Assembly: GCF_006345805.1 (NCBI RefSeq)
Contig: NC_042999.1
Span: forward strand, 53,010,001-53,074,000
Length of the DNA: 64,000 bases
Direction: 5' to 3'
Source: Octopus sinensis
Taxonomy: Eukaryota
A program made the position numbers and the translations under genes. Shown one piece after another: positions 42,147-56,300 of this stretch (position 1 is its first letter; each line of letters opens with the position of its first letter). The notes under the pieces are model-generated. The model searched no databases, was not told the DNA's origin, and worked only from the letters and a program-made list of their open reading frames with translations.

Positions 42147-42182
42147 CTTTTACGTTTCGAGCCTAAGCTCTTCAACAGAAAG
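42147..42182 (-). ncRNA. Minimal type I hammerhead-like motif, A6U variant, best copy
   Basis: CTTT-CTGTTGA-a-GAGC ttag GCTC-GAAA-CG-TA-AAAG; stems I and II pair perfectly. Confidence 0.6.
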
Positions 42183-43422
42183 GAATAAGGGAAAATAAAC
42201 AGAGAGAGAATGAAAATAGCTTGTGGATTCCAGAACTGGGAATGGTGGAGAAGAGCATACGTATAGCCATTTATAAGAACCCCGAATAAAGTTAATAAAA
42301 TGTGACCCTGGACTGTACACCGACCCCGATTTCAGTGGACTTTGCTAAATGTCTTCTGAACTCTATAACTTTTTTTTTTTTTTTTAAACTGAGCAACGTA
42401 TCTATTGCAGGACTTGAACTCAGAACACAAACTTTCGAAACAAATATCACAAGGTCTACGGACCGATGTTCCAATTACTCTGCCAAGACGATTCTTTCTA
42501 TCTATTTTACATTATTTTGGGGAGTTTGTTGATATTGTTGATATTTAACACAATGTCAAACCTGTTCGTGTCACTTTCCATCAAATATATACCAACCGTG
42601 ACATTCCCAATTCAATCAGAAACAGAATTATATTATGCAGTCTCATTTTAGAATTTTAAAGCGACAGCTTTGCAACAACAACTCTTTAGATTATTACTAC
42701 TTGGTTCTTAACTTTGGTGTATGTTTCTTAAATCGCCTCTTAATATCAGTATATGGTGATAGGGTGGTCACATCTGTTGATGATAGCAAGTGCTAATACT
42801 TCTCCAAATATAGGTCAACATATCTCCTGACAACAGCATATAGAGTAACATCGCTTTTAATAATTTATTGTATAATATCCTTCACAGCGTTTCTTTTATA
42901 ACCGCCGGTATTTTATCAGCTTCTTTTGTTAATTTAATTATAAATTCTATAATGGCCCCTGAGATATTCTGCAGCTAGTTCTTAAAAAATGTACGCCTTT
43001 GTAATTATATTCTAATTGGCTGTTAATCACTAATTTTGTAATGGTGAAAATATTGTATTCAACTTCAGTGGTCATGATTATTTTCGAAAACCCTTTCCTT
43101 CTACGCCATTTTGCTTTCATCTACTCCATCAATTATTTTTATGAATTTCATCTCATCCTAATTTTTGTATCTTGTATTTTATTTATTTGAGATTCATATT
43201 AAGGTTTCCTATTATATTACTCTATCATTTACCATTGCTTCAGGTGGGTTTTGTTTTCCCCGCATTTCTTTCTAAATCTTTACAATAAGTCAACGTTTCT
43301 TCCAGTTTCGTTTTCGTTAAATTTAATACAAGCTCCGACATTCATAATTTATAACTTGTGATTCAGCTTAGATTGCCACACACACACACATTTATATATA
43401 CATATATGAGTTATATATATAC

Positions 43423-43455
<33 letters not shown>

Positions 43456-45676
43456 CATATATATATATCATTTATTTCACCTTCATCCATGGCACTTATA
43501 GTTCTTCCTTTAGTGCTCGAATTTCTTTTTCATTTTCTTATTTACGTTGAAGGAAATATTCATAATGCGGTGCGCTGACAATTGTTAGCGCTCCTGACTA
43601 GACGCTAAGCGGCATTTCGTCCGTTCTGATTTCGAATTCCGCTCTAGTTAACTTCTGCCTTTCATATTTCCTGGGTCGATAAAATAAGTACCAGTTGAGT
43701 AGTTATCGACGATGATATAGAAGTACACCCTTCATCGAAATTGTTGGCCTTGTGCCAAAATTTGAAACCAATTCTACGATACATATAATGCGGCGAGCTG
43801 GCAATATCGTGAGCTTGTCGGACAAAAAAAAATCAATATTTCATTAACTTAATTATATGAAATTTCATTGCAAATTTTCATTTAACTCTCCAAACGTATT
43901 GGTCGAAATGTTAGGTAAAAATTTGGATAAAATGTGCTACGCCTCTTCACATTTAAAGTTCAAATCAATCCCTGAACATACATCTCGTAAGCCCCAGGAT
44001 TGTTAATGTGTTAAAATAAAACATGTAGTGAATATTGATTAGACCATCCCGGATTCAATGCAATCAATTTTTATCTCAAATGTTAATGTGATTCTAACTG
44101 AAAACTTATCGCTGTTCTTTATATATTACTATATGACTCCCAGAAGTTAATGTGGCAATAGTTCATCTCAGTGCCCATATATGGTCAATAAATACTTGTC
44201 TGATGGAACCAGTTCTCTCCGAGTGTTTATAAAAATAACTCAACTCACCATTCAACTCTGTGGTAGAATCAAATGGACTTTTGTTTTGATGCATAAAATA
44301 TTTATTTATTTTTGTTAATTCGAATTATTAACAATTTTTTATTAACATTTTATGTATGTGTTTTACAATTATAATCCACTTGTGTATGGCATAAAATTGC
44401 AATACCATTTGCTTAATTGTACTCTGGAAGTTTTACTTTGGCTTCAGATAATGCAGTAATAAAAATACTTGTTTAGATTTCGTCCGTTTGTTAATGGATT
44501 TTCATGCAATTTGTCTGTTTTAGACTATTTTTAGTGGTCAATTTCATCGTTTGGCGTTATCCATGATTCCATTCTGACGTTCACTTTCCATTATTTAGTG
44601 ACTCGTAAATGACGAGCTAAAAATTATGCCGTTCTTCTTTAATCCCCATGTCAGCTTTAATTCAGTAAAAATATGATCAAACGCGTTCCAGTCGTGACCA
44701 TAGCATGGGATTTTTTAGAAATAATTTACCTAACAAACCCCTGTTTAAATCGTAGATTATGGATACGAAAGCTTCACTATTTACCTTATTTTTCAGTCCA
44801 ATTTGTGGTTCTTAGCTAGTTATATGCTCTCAGGTATTTCTCGGTGAACTATTACACATAAACTCACTCATATTCACATATATACATGCTCACACATTTA
44901 TCGACATAATCACACATACACACATATATTAATATATATACACAAATTTAGTCGCTGGCGTGGCACCTTGTGCAAGTATTTCTACTATGTTGCTGGGCCG
45001 ACCAAAGCCTTGTGTGTGGATGTGAGGATGTGATAGACGGAAACTAAAGGAAACCCGTCCTACATGTGTGTATTATGTATGTATGTATGTATGTATGTAT
45101 GTATGTATGTATGTATGTATGTATGTATGTATGTATGTATGTATGTGTGTATGTATGTATGTACGTATATGTGTATGAGTGGGTGTATATGTGTTTTGTT
45201 CCCCACTTGGTAACCAGTGTTCGTGTGGTGGCGGTTCGGTAATAGTGATCGATGGAATAAGTACTGGGAATCGATTGGTTCGCCTGACAGTCTTCAAGGC
45301 GGCGGCCCAGCATGGTAGCATTATGTCGACTGAAACAAGGAAAGTAATAAAAGAACATGTACTCATGTACTCTTAGTATCTTATTTCGACTCGAACTTTC
45401 TTTCTGGGATGTCTTACTCTTCTCTTAACTAGTGCATCACGTGACAATGTTCACTGGTAATTAATATTAATATTCATCTTGATAGATTTTTTCTCTTTCA
45501 ACTGTCAGCTTCAATTCCACCACATCACATTGCTGCACACTCAAAATGAGTAAACTTTCAATTCCTGCAATTCTTATTATTATTTCAATATTCTTAAGAA
45601 CCATTATTATTGAATTGGAATTAAAATGATAAACATATTAGCTAACCCTATTTTTACCATTTTTTCATGTTTGGTT

Positions 45677-46042
45677 CATCATCATCACCATCGCCATCAT
45701 CATCATTGTCGTCGTCGTCATCATCATCATCATCATCATCATCATCTTCTTCTTCTTCTTCTCCTTCTTCTTCTTCTCTTCTTCTTCTTCTTCTTCTTCT
45801 TCTTCTTTCTTCTTCTTCTTCTACTTCTTCTTCTTCTTCGTCTTCATCTTCTTCTTCTTCTTCTTCTTCTTCTTCTTCTTCTTCTTCCTCTGCTTCTTCT
45901 TCTTCCTTTTCTTCTTCTTCTTCTTCTTCTTCTTCTTCTTTTTCTTCCCCTTTTTCTTCTTCTTCTCTTTATCATGTGTATCAATACCAGAAGTAGCACG
46001 AGCGGCATCAGCAGAGGCGGTGGCCGCAGCAGCAGCATCAGC

Positions 46043-46092
<50 letters not shown>

Positions 46093-46137
46093 CAGTAGAG
46101 TAGTTGCTGTTGTTATTATTGTTGTTGTTGTTGTTGT
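45677..46137. repeat. (CAT)n/(CTT)n/(AGT)n/(GTT)n triplet microsatellite mosaic
   Basis: Direct reading; source of poly-H/L/S pseudo-ORFs. Confidence 0.97.
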
Positions 46138-46654
46138 CGCTATTGATGTAAGGGGAGGAGCAGAATTGTTTTTGTTTGGGACGGACGGATTTATTTCCAT
46201 ACCGCTTTCAGAGTGTTTTGATTATTAGGAAGAATTAATCTTTAACTCTGTTGCATCTTGCAAACAGGGACAAGTTTAAATATTTTATTTTGCTGAAAGG
46301 ATTTTTGCTGTGATTACATTTGTATTCGAACTAGCTTTTTGCTAAGAAAAGGTTAAGAGGAAAGTGAGTTGGACTGCATGCAAACACAAAAGAAAAAAGT
46401 TGAAAAGAGAATCAGGACAAATAAAACAGGGAGAGAGTGGCATTTGGACTCCTGAACACGGACATTTGAAGGACAGAAGAACATTAGCAGCAAAACTACA
46501 ATACATACTTATCGATATAAAAGAATACACGAAACAACAATTCCTTCGGTGAACGTGAATCGGAATGATAGAGAGGAATGATACAGAGGATGACTTCACG
46601 GACTCTCCCTGTCTGCGTGATGTGGAATATCGTTGAACAATCCTTCGGTTCATT

Positions 46655-46837
46655 ATTTTTATTATTTACACTATTTACATTTGACGGATATTTGTCCTCA
46701 TCTTGTTTGTTGTTAACACAACGTTACGGCTAATATACCCTCCAGCCATCGTCAGGTGCCTTGAGGAAATTTCAAACCTGGGTTCTCATTCCTAAGGTAT
46801 ATTTTCGATGCTATCATTATTATTATTATTATTATTA

Positions 46838-46880
<43 letters not shown>

Positions 46881-46967
46881 TTATTTTCAAGCCCACGGGC
46901 ATATGGCGTAGTGGTTAAGAGCGCGAGCTATTAACCCCAAGATTCCGAGTTCTATTCCATGTAGTGA

Positions 46968-47048
<81 letters not shown>

Positions 47049-47255
47049 TAATAATAACAACAACAACAACAACAACATCGAAAAAGTACCTGAGGATTGG
47101 GAAGCCAAGTTCGAAATTTTCGCAAGACACCTGATGAAGGTTGGAAATTATATCAGCCGAAACGTTGTGTTAACAACAGAAAAAGATGAGGACAAATATG
47201 TCAAATGTAAATAATGTACATAACGTAATATTTCCTCGTCTCTTAAATATAGAAC
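46655..47255 (+). mobile_element. tRNA-headed, hammerhead-tailed SINE with upstream inverted tail copy (copy 2)
   Basis: Inverted tail 46655-46810 plus (TTA)n; head with A box TGGCGTAGTGG and B box GAGTTCTATTCC 46890-46971; (AAT)n; sense tail 47076-47255. Confidence 0.85.
47126..47171 (+). ncRNA. Minimal type I hammerhead ribozyme
   Basis: GACAC-CTGATGA-a-GGTTG..CAGCC-GAAA-CG-TT-GTGTT: stems I and II pair, palindromic ACGT stem III, intact core. Confidence 0.75.
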
Positions 47256-47761
47256 TGTAGAACTGTAGCCAAAAATGCAATGAAACTGGTGCAGCTGTTT
47301 TAGAGATTTGAGCCACTCGATGGATCCTTGATTGAAACAGCTTGGTTTTCGGAGACAGAGAAGGTAACTGACATGAACTGAGGAGAGAGAGAGAGAGATA
47401 GAGGCAAACTGACTGACTGACATACAGACAGACAGTAACAATACCAGAATGTTCTAGAAATTGCTGTTTCAGAGCACTACATGTGCACTACTGCTTTTAG
47501 CTCCAAGAATGGTGAAAATAATAGCTTGGTTCACAATCCTCGAAGCCAACAAACAGGATTCTCCTCCCCAACCAACAAGTATTCTCGCCCTATCGCCCTT
47601 CTATTTTAATGAAGATAACCATGTGAGACAAACTGTCTGACAGCTCGAAAAGAAAACAAAAATATCTGTTCTTCCTCACAAGGGGAAAGAACAGCCAAAG
47701 AAAAACTCAGCTCCCGCCGGGGAAGTCTTACTTTCAATGACCTTCGAATAGCCAGCAGACG

Positions 47762-47812
47762 ATTGGTTCACGATTTGAATAATCAAAAAACAACAAAAAT
47801 ATTGGTGATTGG
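47762..47812 (-). promoter_or_regulatory. Cluster of three CCAAT boxes upstream of a GTAAG donor (candidate promoter)
   Basis: ATTGG at 47762, 47801 and 47808; minus-strand donor GT at 47731-47730. Confidence 0.3.
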
Positions 47813-50122
47813 CAACGAACTACAACCATGAGCAAAATGTCAATGTTAGAGCTTGAATAAAACAATTAAGGAATCTGTGAAGTATTATATCTTAACCGCC
47901 TAAAGTATATATACATTGTCTCCGGTGCCCTAACAACGGAGGTAATCCTAGGAATATCCGCGACTATATATTTTTCGAGGATATAGAAACAGAAAATATT
48001 TTTGAACGTCATGTTTTTGTTATCAAACCAAGATCACGGTTCCTCACACATGTATAGGTTGTAAACTCCTACATGTGTTAAGCTTTATTTATATTATTGA
48101 TTTACAATTACGTTATTATATATGCATTTACATATTTGAATAAATTAAATAAAAATTAATTAGAATATATTGCAGGAATTTCTTGCGCGAAGTCTCTCCT
48201 TTGTACCCTTGTATGTATTACTCGAAGCTGTTCTCGCAATCCTTTTTTTTTTCTTATACTTTGATTGAATGCGTGAATGCAAGGTAACTGGAAAATATGA
48301 TTTTCTTTATCAGTGTAAATATTTTCTTCTGTGGAAGATACGTTGTGTTCTGATCCATAAAATAAATTTTTGTTAGTGGATAGTTTATCTTTTCAATAAT
48401 TAGAATTTCAAAATTTTATTTCGTGTTGATGAGGAACCGACTATATACCTAACGAAGCTGGTCGGTTTCATGTGTCTCTTGTCTTTTTATGCTATATTTT
48501 CAAGAAACATTTGTTACGTGCCCAGCCTTCCGGCATAAATTCTGGGCTGACATCAACCATGCTGTTCTGTTTCAGAACTGGGGTATAGCACAGGCTGGAG
48601 AGAGGAAAACAACACGGGGTTTGGGATAGGGCGATCGAAAACTATTTCTTCCTTCTCACCCATACACCAACGTAACTAAATTATAGTGTAAGGCTGGTGT
48701 CAGGGTGTAAATGACAGTAGTAGCAGCAGTAACAACAACAACAGCAAGGATGACGACGACAACGACAACAACAACAACAACAGCTACTATTACGAAAATG
48801 GGAAAAGCATATCTTGCAGGCACTCCAATGTTTTACTTGTTGTTGTTTTTTTTTTGTTTTGTCGCAGGCATTCAATTATTTTCTTCAGATAACTGACAAT
48901 CTATTCCTTTTCTTCGAAACCTATTCTGTACACATCTATCGCAGTCATTTTCAGTAGTTGTCACTAAATGGCTCTTTTAGTTAAAGGGAAATCATTCGCT
49001 ATATCATTTCTATTACAACATTATAACCTCTTCTATACCACATGTTAATGCATTGCCACATTTAAATGCAATTAATGAACGTTAATTCAAAATCCCGTAG
49101 AATGGGATTTCGCGTTCAGCCAGCCATGTTATATATACTCATTACTCACTTTTCCAAACTGTTGAAAAATACAATCTGACTCGATCTACTGGCAGGTTAC
49201 CCAAAGAAGGAGATGGAGTGCCTGACTGTAATTTGAATTATAATAATTAGCACAAATCTACACTCTGGTACAGTGTTGTATTTCTGCCGTTCGATCATCA
49301 CTTACATAATATATAGGGCTATGAATAAATCCATCAATTCATTAATCTATGAATAGCGACAATAAAAAATTATCACGTAAGATAATCATTTTTTAAAAAC
49401 AAGTTCTATTTAAATAATATACACCGACAATACTTGAAAATCAAGCGCTATTATTGTTACAATCAATATTTAACTCATTAAACTGATGTAAAAATATTTA
49501 GAAATCAACTTTTTAAAAATATTCCATTCCTGGGATAAGCTTCTTATTTTACACAATCACTGGTTGATTTACATCAATGTTGTTCTTATTAGGACTAATT
49601 AATTTGCTAGAGAGCATAACATTCTGAATTCACGGGATCTTAATATTTGTAATTGGACATATATGACAATCGGTTGGTTTTGTCATGTCTGTATAGATCT
49701 GTTGAGTTTTTGTTTATCTTCACTATATTATTTTCTGCTTCGAGTACTTCTCATTGTTTCGAATACACTATTATATTATATAAACCTGAGTATCAGCTTG
49801 CCTTAACATTGTGTAGTTATGTGTATGTGAAATAATGCACACAAATATTTAGAAAGAAATATAAATTATGTATAATGGATAGAATATAAATGGGATAAAT
49901 ATACTATAAATGCTGTATATCAAATGTAGAGATTTGTTTTCAGTGGTGGAGTGAGTAAGCATTATTAATCATTATACTTATTTGGCGAGCGTAATGAACT
50001 TGAAAGACTTCCATTTGTTATCTATTTGTCCATCGGTCGTTTTACTTCTGTAGACATGCGTTATTAATGGCTGACCCTTTAAGCAGACTTGGATAATCGG
50101 AAACATGGCGTTGATTATAATG

Positions 50123-50342
50123 TTATGTAAAAACCAGCTGATGTTCTGCATGGCGTCCATCAGCGAACAAAACCAGTTTTGTATCATCAAACATAACATC
50201 ACTAAATTGAACTGAGCAGGTATGAAGAAAATACTTCTGCGCATCAATACCCTGTGAGCAAGCAAGAATTAGATTACTATTCTCATCTTTCTGATATCTG
50301 AAATCATACTGGAGAAAGATGTTGCAGCAAGTTGTACAGTAT
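50123..50342 (-). CDS. Candidate terminal coding exon of an unrecognised gene (alternative frame 49978-50251)
   Basis: Acceptor tatatctctacag|A, 72 sense codons to TAA (YCTTCCNIFLQYDF...GRHAEHQLVFT*), phase-compatible with exon 51276-51450. Confidence 0.45.
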
Positions 50343-51275
50343 CTGTAGAGATATAAATCTTTAATTTAAAATGCAGACTTTTCTTTACTTTGTGTCAAAT
50401 AGTGTCTCTTATAAAAGCAAATGAGAATTAAAATATACTGCTACATTGCATTGTAATCTGTAGAGAATAGTAATATTGCTGTTGTGTTTTTTTATTATTT
50501 TTCTTTTATTTGACATATTAAAAACAAAATCTGTAGAATAATCTACATCTTTACGGTTTTTTAAAATATAGTTTCAGACAAAATGACGAGCTAGTGTAAT
50601 TCTACAATGTTTCGTTCGAATACCATCATTGTGTGAAAATATGCATTCGACAAACTGCAACTTAAATATCTTCATAACAACCATTTCCGCTCTAGCTTTA
50701 CATCAGCGAATCGACAAATGAGTGTAAAGGAACGAAGGAGAATTTCTGCCTTCAGAATTATTTTATATTCAAATGGAAAACGTCGGCGATTTCGAGAAAT
50801 GAAAATAGATTCAAAAACTGAAATCATTTCCATTTAAAGTGTTTCCATATCCATTTTTTACAAATGAGTTTTATGAGACAAATTCCTCGGCTCGGAGATT
50901 AGTTTTTAAAGGAAATTGGAGCTGAATGTCATTTATATATGAACAAAGCGACAGCTAAATGGGATGAGTGGGGAATGGGGGGTTATGTCGATATTTTAAA
51001 CGAAGCGTTGTTACAGAAAACAACTTCATTAGGTGTATATGAATAAATGTTACTTTTAAATATAGACGCAGTGTTCAAAAGATCAGTATTAGATACAGCT
51101 GATTGTAAAACAGAAGTGCACCAGCGATTCTCTAAACGTAAGTTCGATGCAAATCAATAGATTTCTATGATGCAGTCAGGAATACAGATTAATAAATCAA
51201 ACCTGTCCTTGATTGTTTAAACAATTGATTTCTATATCAGCTTTATTATATAATATTTATAAAGCAATACATTAC

Positions 51276-51450
51276 TTATCGTCTCTGACATCTTTATTTA
51301 TTTCTTCAGTCGAATTACTGTCGCACTCTTCCCTCCTACTCATATCCTGAACAGCCATCGCCATCATCATCGACGGCACCACAGTATAGATTTCATTGAT
51401 GTCCTTATTGTATCGTATCAATTTATAGAATCGCTCCATATAGAGTCTCA
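51276..51450 (-). CDS. Candidate internal coding exon of an unrecognised gene
   Basis: Acceptor gtttaccggtgcag|TG, donor AA|GTAATG, single open frame RLYMERFYKLIRY...EEINKDVRDD, richer in GC than its flanks. Confidence 0.5.
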
Positions 51451-51777
51451 CTGCACCGGTAAACATAAACACAAATAAATACAGAGTCTCTCATATCGCA
51501 ATGACAATGATTGTGTTATGCGTCTGCCTGTAGTATCACTTCCTGTTTTGCTTCACATCTTTACCTCTATGTAGGTATGTATGTGTATGTGTGTGTGATC
51601 AAGTGTGTGTGTGTGTGTGTGTACAGTAAATAAGCATAATATATTTCTCCATTAAAAATAATATATTTCTCCATTTAAAGACATAACTTATTACATGATT
51701 GAAACGAAAATATGAATTTCCATTCTGTCTGTCTATACTCTCTCTCACACATTTTCTCTCCCCAACCCTCACTCTCA

Positions 51778-51816
<39 letters not shown>

Positions 51817-53189
51817 TTCATATGTGTAATGGAACTTGCGTAGACACGTACACATGCTTCCAAATATACAATATAACAGTATTGTTTTTTATGTGTTTAT
51901 CTGTCTCTCTGTATTTACGTATGTCTGCACGTTTGTCTTTTTGTTTGTTTGTCTGTCTGTACGTTCTTACGTATGTATGTATGCATGTATGTATGTATGT
52001 ATGTATGTATGTATGTATGTATGTATGTATGTATGTATGTATGTATGTATGTATGTATGTGTGTATGTATGTATGTATGTATGTATATATGTATGTAGCT
52101 ATCTATCTATATTCATGTGTGTTCGTTTGATATTCTTCAGTCTTATTCCAAGATTTCTTACCAATAGAGAAGGAGCCGGTTTCTAACCTAGATTCAAGCT
52201 TCTCCGCTGGAATTTCAACACCAACAACGAGGGGGGTGTATGTATGTATGCATGCATGTATGTATGCATGTATGTATGTATGTATGTATGTATGTATACG
52301 TGCAGATTTGTATGTTTTGTTTTATGTATGTATTATCATGCATATAGTTGCATATCTAGACATGCTCATATATATTTAAATGATAAACTTCTGGAAAGAA
52401 TTACATATATTTACAGTTCCAGTGATGGTTAGAATCTGTAAACTTCGAATCAGTTTCTTCTTTCCGGTTTTGAGAAGCCTAATTTCTCAAGATTGGTATT
52501 TAGGCAGTGTGTTATATATCCCAGGCCCCCAATAATTGCAGGCAGAAGCCTGGACCTGTAATCTAGATAGAGCAACTGCAGTTTTCTCAATGTATGTGTG
52601 TGTATGTGAGTGTGTGTATGCCTGCCTGTGACTTTAAGGATAACCACGTGATCGGTAAAAGTATTTCGTTAACTTATTATTCTTAATTTATTTTCATTTG
52701 AGAATGACTTTCAGTTGTTTTGAAAAGAAAGAATTACAGAACAGAGGCCAAAAGACTATTTTACTACTTTAGCTTTTGGGTCTTTGTGAATATGTATCCT
52801 CTCCCCGAAAGATGAACAATTAGCTCCCCTGTCACCAATAATAACGATCACCGATTACCTCTCGCTAAATTTGTGTACTTGTTGAATAATTCATTCATAA
52901 ACTTCTCATCATATAACATGGAATAAAATCTTCTTAATAAAATAAGAAATTACAATGATAACAATGTTATGATTAGCGTAAGCGAAACTAGTCGACAAAC
53001 ACAATATGAAACATTAAAAATTATATTAAATCTATGAAAGTGTGTGCATTTTCCGTCTTTTATTTTATATATATATATTGCAGTTTATATATTTTTAGAC
53101 ACACACACACACACACACACGAACTCACACACACGAACTCACACACACATACACACAAACACACGCACACACGCACACACGAAAAGCGA

Positions 53190-53350
53190 TAGGTTACTTT
53201 CAGTAGCTGTCTTCCAAATCCAGTCATAATCTACTCATAAGGATCTGGTCGACCCGAAGCTATAGTAGAAGATACCTTCTCAAGGTGTGCCACATTGAGA
53301 CTGAACCCGAAACCATGTGGTTCGAGAGCAAACGTCTTACCACACAGCCA
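53190..53350 (-). mobile_element. CORE-type tRNA SINE, 5' part
   Basis: Reverse complement of the head of 29289-29690. Confidence 0.75.
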
Positions 53351-53351
53351 T

Positions 53352-56300
53352 TATTTATTTATTTTTTTTCTTCTTTCAAATTTGCTTCCATTTCTTGCCG
53401 AATGTCTTCCCGACTCCTAGGGAAAAGAAACTCATAGTATACATTGGTAGGCCATTAAACTAAACTCAATAGTTCGTTCATTTTTTTTTAAGTTAAATTA
53501 AAATACATGGGTAGTAATAGTTCTCACATCGACAATGCTCTTCTCAATACGTGTGATGTACCAGTTAAGACAATCTTTTGCACTTCTTGCAGAGATCATT
53601 CTCATATAATTTTAGGTTCCCTTCTTGATCATTCCTAGTGCTCCTACGATCACTGGTATTGTAACCGCCTTGAGATGCCACATTTTCTCAATTTCAATGA
53701 GCAGGTCTTTATATTTTCTGAGCTTGTCAAACTCTTTCGCCGAGATATTATGATCACAGGGGATGCTCATGTCGATCAATAAGCAAACTTTATTGTTTTG
53801 GTCTTTCACAACAATATCTGGTTTATTGGCTTTGATGGTTCGGTCTGTATGTACTGGAAAGTCCCACAGAATCGTTACATTTTCTCCTTCAGTTACAGCT
53901 TCAGGGTGGTGATTATACCACTTGTCCGCAGTTTTGATATTGTAATGCCGACTTATTAGCCAGTGTAGATATTGGCCAACTCTGTCATGTCCTAATTTAT
54001 ACTCCGCTGGTGCTAAGACTTTACATCCAGAGATTAGGTGGTCCACTGTTTCAATCATGTCGTTGCAGAATCGGCATTTTGGGTCTGCTCCATTTTTCAT
54101 CACATTGTCCTGGTAGTTTCGGGTTAATAGGCTTTGATCTTGAGCAGCCAGGATGAAACCTTCGCTCTCTGCTTTTAGCCCTGAGCTCCGTAGCCACTGA
54201 TAGGTTTGCTTCTGATCAACATCAGCTTGTTTGCTGCGGGCCACATATTTGCCGTGCAGAGGTTTCTCCTCCCACCTATCAGCCAATTGCTCGTGCGCTT
54301 TTTTCGTTGCCATTATTTTCACCTTCTTTGCAACAATAGTTGCCGTACTTCCCTCGGGTTGTTCAGTTTGGGTATCCTGCACGAGATCAATAGCAAATTT
54401 TTTGCTTTCCTTTATGATAGAATGAAGCTTCTTTCGTCTCTCGTGATTTTCCACGAGCTTTAGCATCCAGTCATTCGTTATTTCGAGATATTTGGCCAGT
54501 CCAATTGTGGTTGTTTTGTAAGCTAGTTCAAATTGGATCAGGCCTCGACCTCTTTGGGCTCTGGGAAGGTAAAGGCGATCTACGTCTGCCTTTGGGTGGT
54601 GCATCCTATTATAACTCAGCAGCTTGCGTATTTTCCTATCTATATTCTTTACTTCACTCATATTCCAGTTCAACACATTGTAGCTATAAGTAACAACTGG
54701 AACTGCTAAGGAATTTATAGCTAACACCTTGTTACGTGCATTTAGTTCAGATTTCAGGACTGCACGAACTCTCCTATAACATTCCTTCCTGATCTTCTCT
54801 TTCATAATTGCATGCTGAATACCAGAGCCTTCATTTATCCCTAAATATTTGTATGTTTGTTCTTGCTCAAGCTCTCTTATGACTGTGTCAACATCTAACT
54901 CAACTGAATTTGTGGTCTTCACATTCCCTTTCTGGAAAGTGGCCTTGGCACACTTCTCAAGTCCAAACTCCACCCCGATGTCCTCGCTGAATGATTTTAC
55001 AGTGTGCAATAGGCCTTCGAGGTTATTATCATCTTTACCATAGAGTTTTAAGTCATCCATATAAAATAGATGGCTTTTTTTTTGGCAATTTTATACCCAT
55101 GCCCTGTTCTGTTTAATTCACTTGTAAGGGGTATTAGGGCTATGCAGAATATTAAAGGTGAAAGTGAGTCACCTTGAAAAATTCCATAGTTGATATTTAT
55201 ATTTGCTGAGGCAAGTACTCCATTAGAGTTGTATAAATAGAGATTCGTATTGCACAACGACATATTGTGCTTCAGGAAGCTTGAAATCACAGGGAAAATT
55301 TTGAAGATGTCCAGCGATCTCAAGATCAATGGATGCGGTATACTGTCGAAGGCCTTTTTATAGTCAATCCATGCGGAGCTGAGATTTCTGCGCTTGTGAC
55401 AGTTCTCAAGGATCATACGATTAATTAGCAGTTGTTCTTTGCATCCGTATGAACCTCGGCGGCACCCTTTTTGTTCAATGGGGAAAATATCGTTCTTCTC
55501 CATGAATGCATATATTTTCTCCACCAGGATAGGATTTTATACGTGGTGGATAGACAGGTTATAGGCCGATAGACTTTTGGAAGGTTGGTTTCGTTATTCT
55601 TTGGGAGTAGGTAAGTAATACCACTTGCTAACCATTCAGGTGTTTTCTTTGGGTCTCTCATAATTCCATTGAGCAGCTGAACTAGCTTACCGTGTGCGCA
55701 TGGGAGCGATGCGAGCCAGAAATTCGGCACCCTATCTTTACCGGGGGATTTCCAATTATGAGCCTTCATGAGTGCCTTTCTTAGGTCTGCTATTGTGATG
55801 TCTTCCCATGCTTGTTGTAAATTTTGGTAGGATTCTTCTGTTTGTATAATCCAGTCTGCATTTATGTTGTACGTCTTCTTGTCACTCCAAATCCTTTTCC
55901 AAAAGTTTTGAACTTCTTCCATGGGAGGGGGGTCTTTAACGGTTACTTTCTCCTTCCCTATTTCTCTGTAGAAGTTTTTGGCATTGGATGTGAACAGCTT
56001 ATTTTGCTTGTAAATTTGTTTCTCTTCTCAAATCTTCGTATTCTTTGGGATTTTGCTTGGACTTTTTGTTTCAGCGTTTCTTTTATTGATATCAGTTCTT
56101 CTCTTGGTGAGAATCCAAATTTTCTCTTCATCTTTCTTCCTGTTCTGGATCTTACATCATTTCCACATATTAGTTAATTTAATATTGATATTTCCCCTCT
56201 CATAAATTCAATCTCTTTTTCAATTTTACTTCTCCAGGTTTGATTTCTTCCAGGTTTGGTTTTCTTTGTTTTTTCGGGGGCATACAGCTGGTTTCAATTG

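Noticed and set aside
46340-46650. Host exon
   Set aside because: Stops or lack of splice signals; more likely a decayed LINE scrap, too weak to call.
50123-50342. Cytidine deaminase (HAE and CxxC motifs)
   Set aside because: Motif order is reversed and a stop follows HAE within seven codons.
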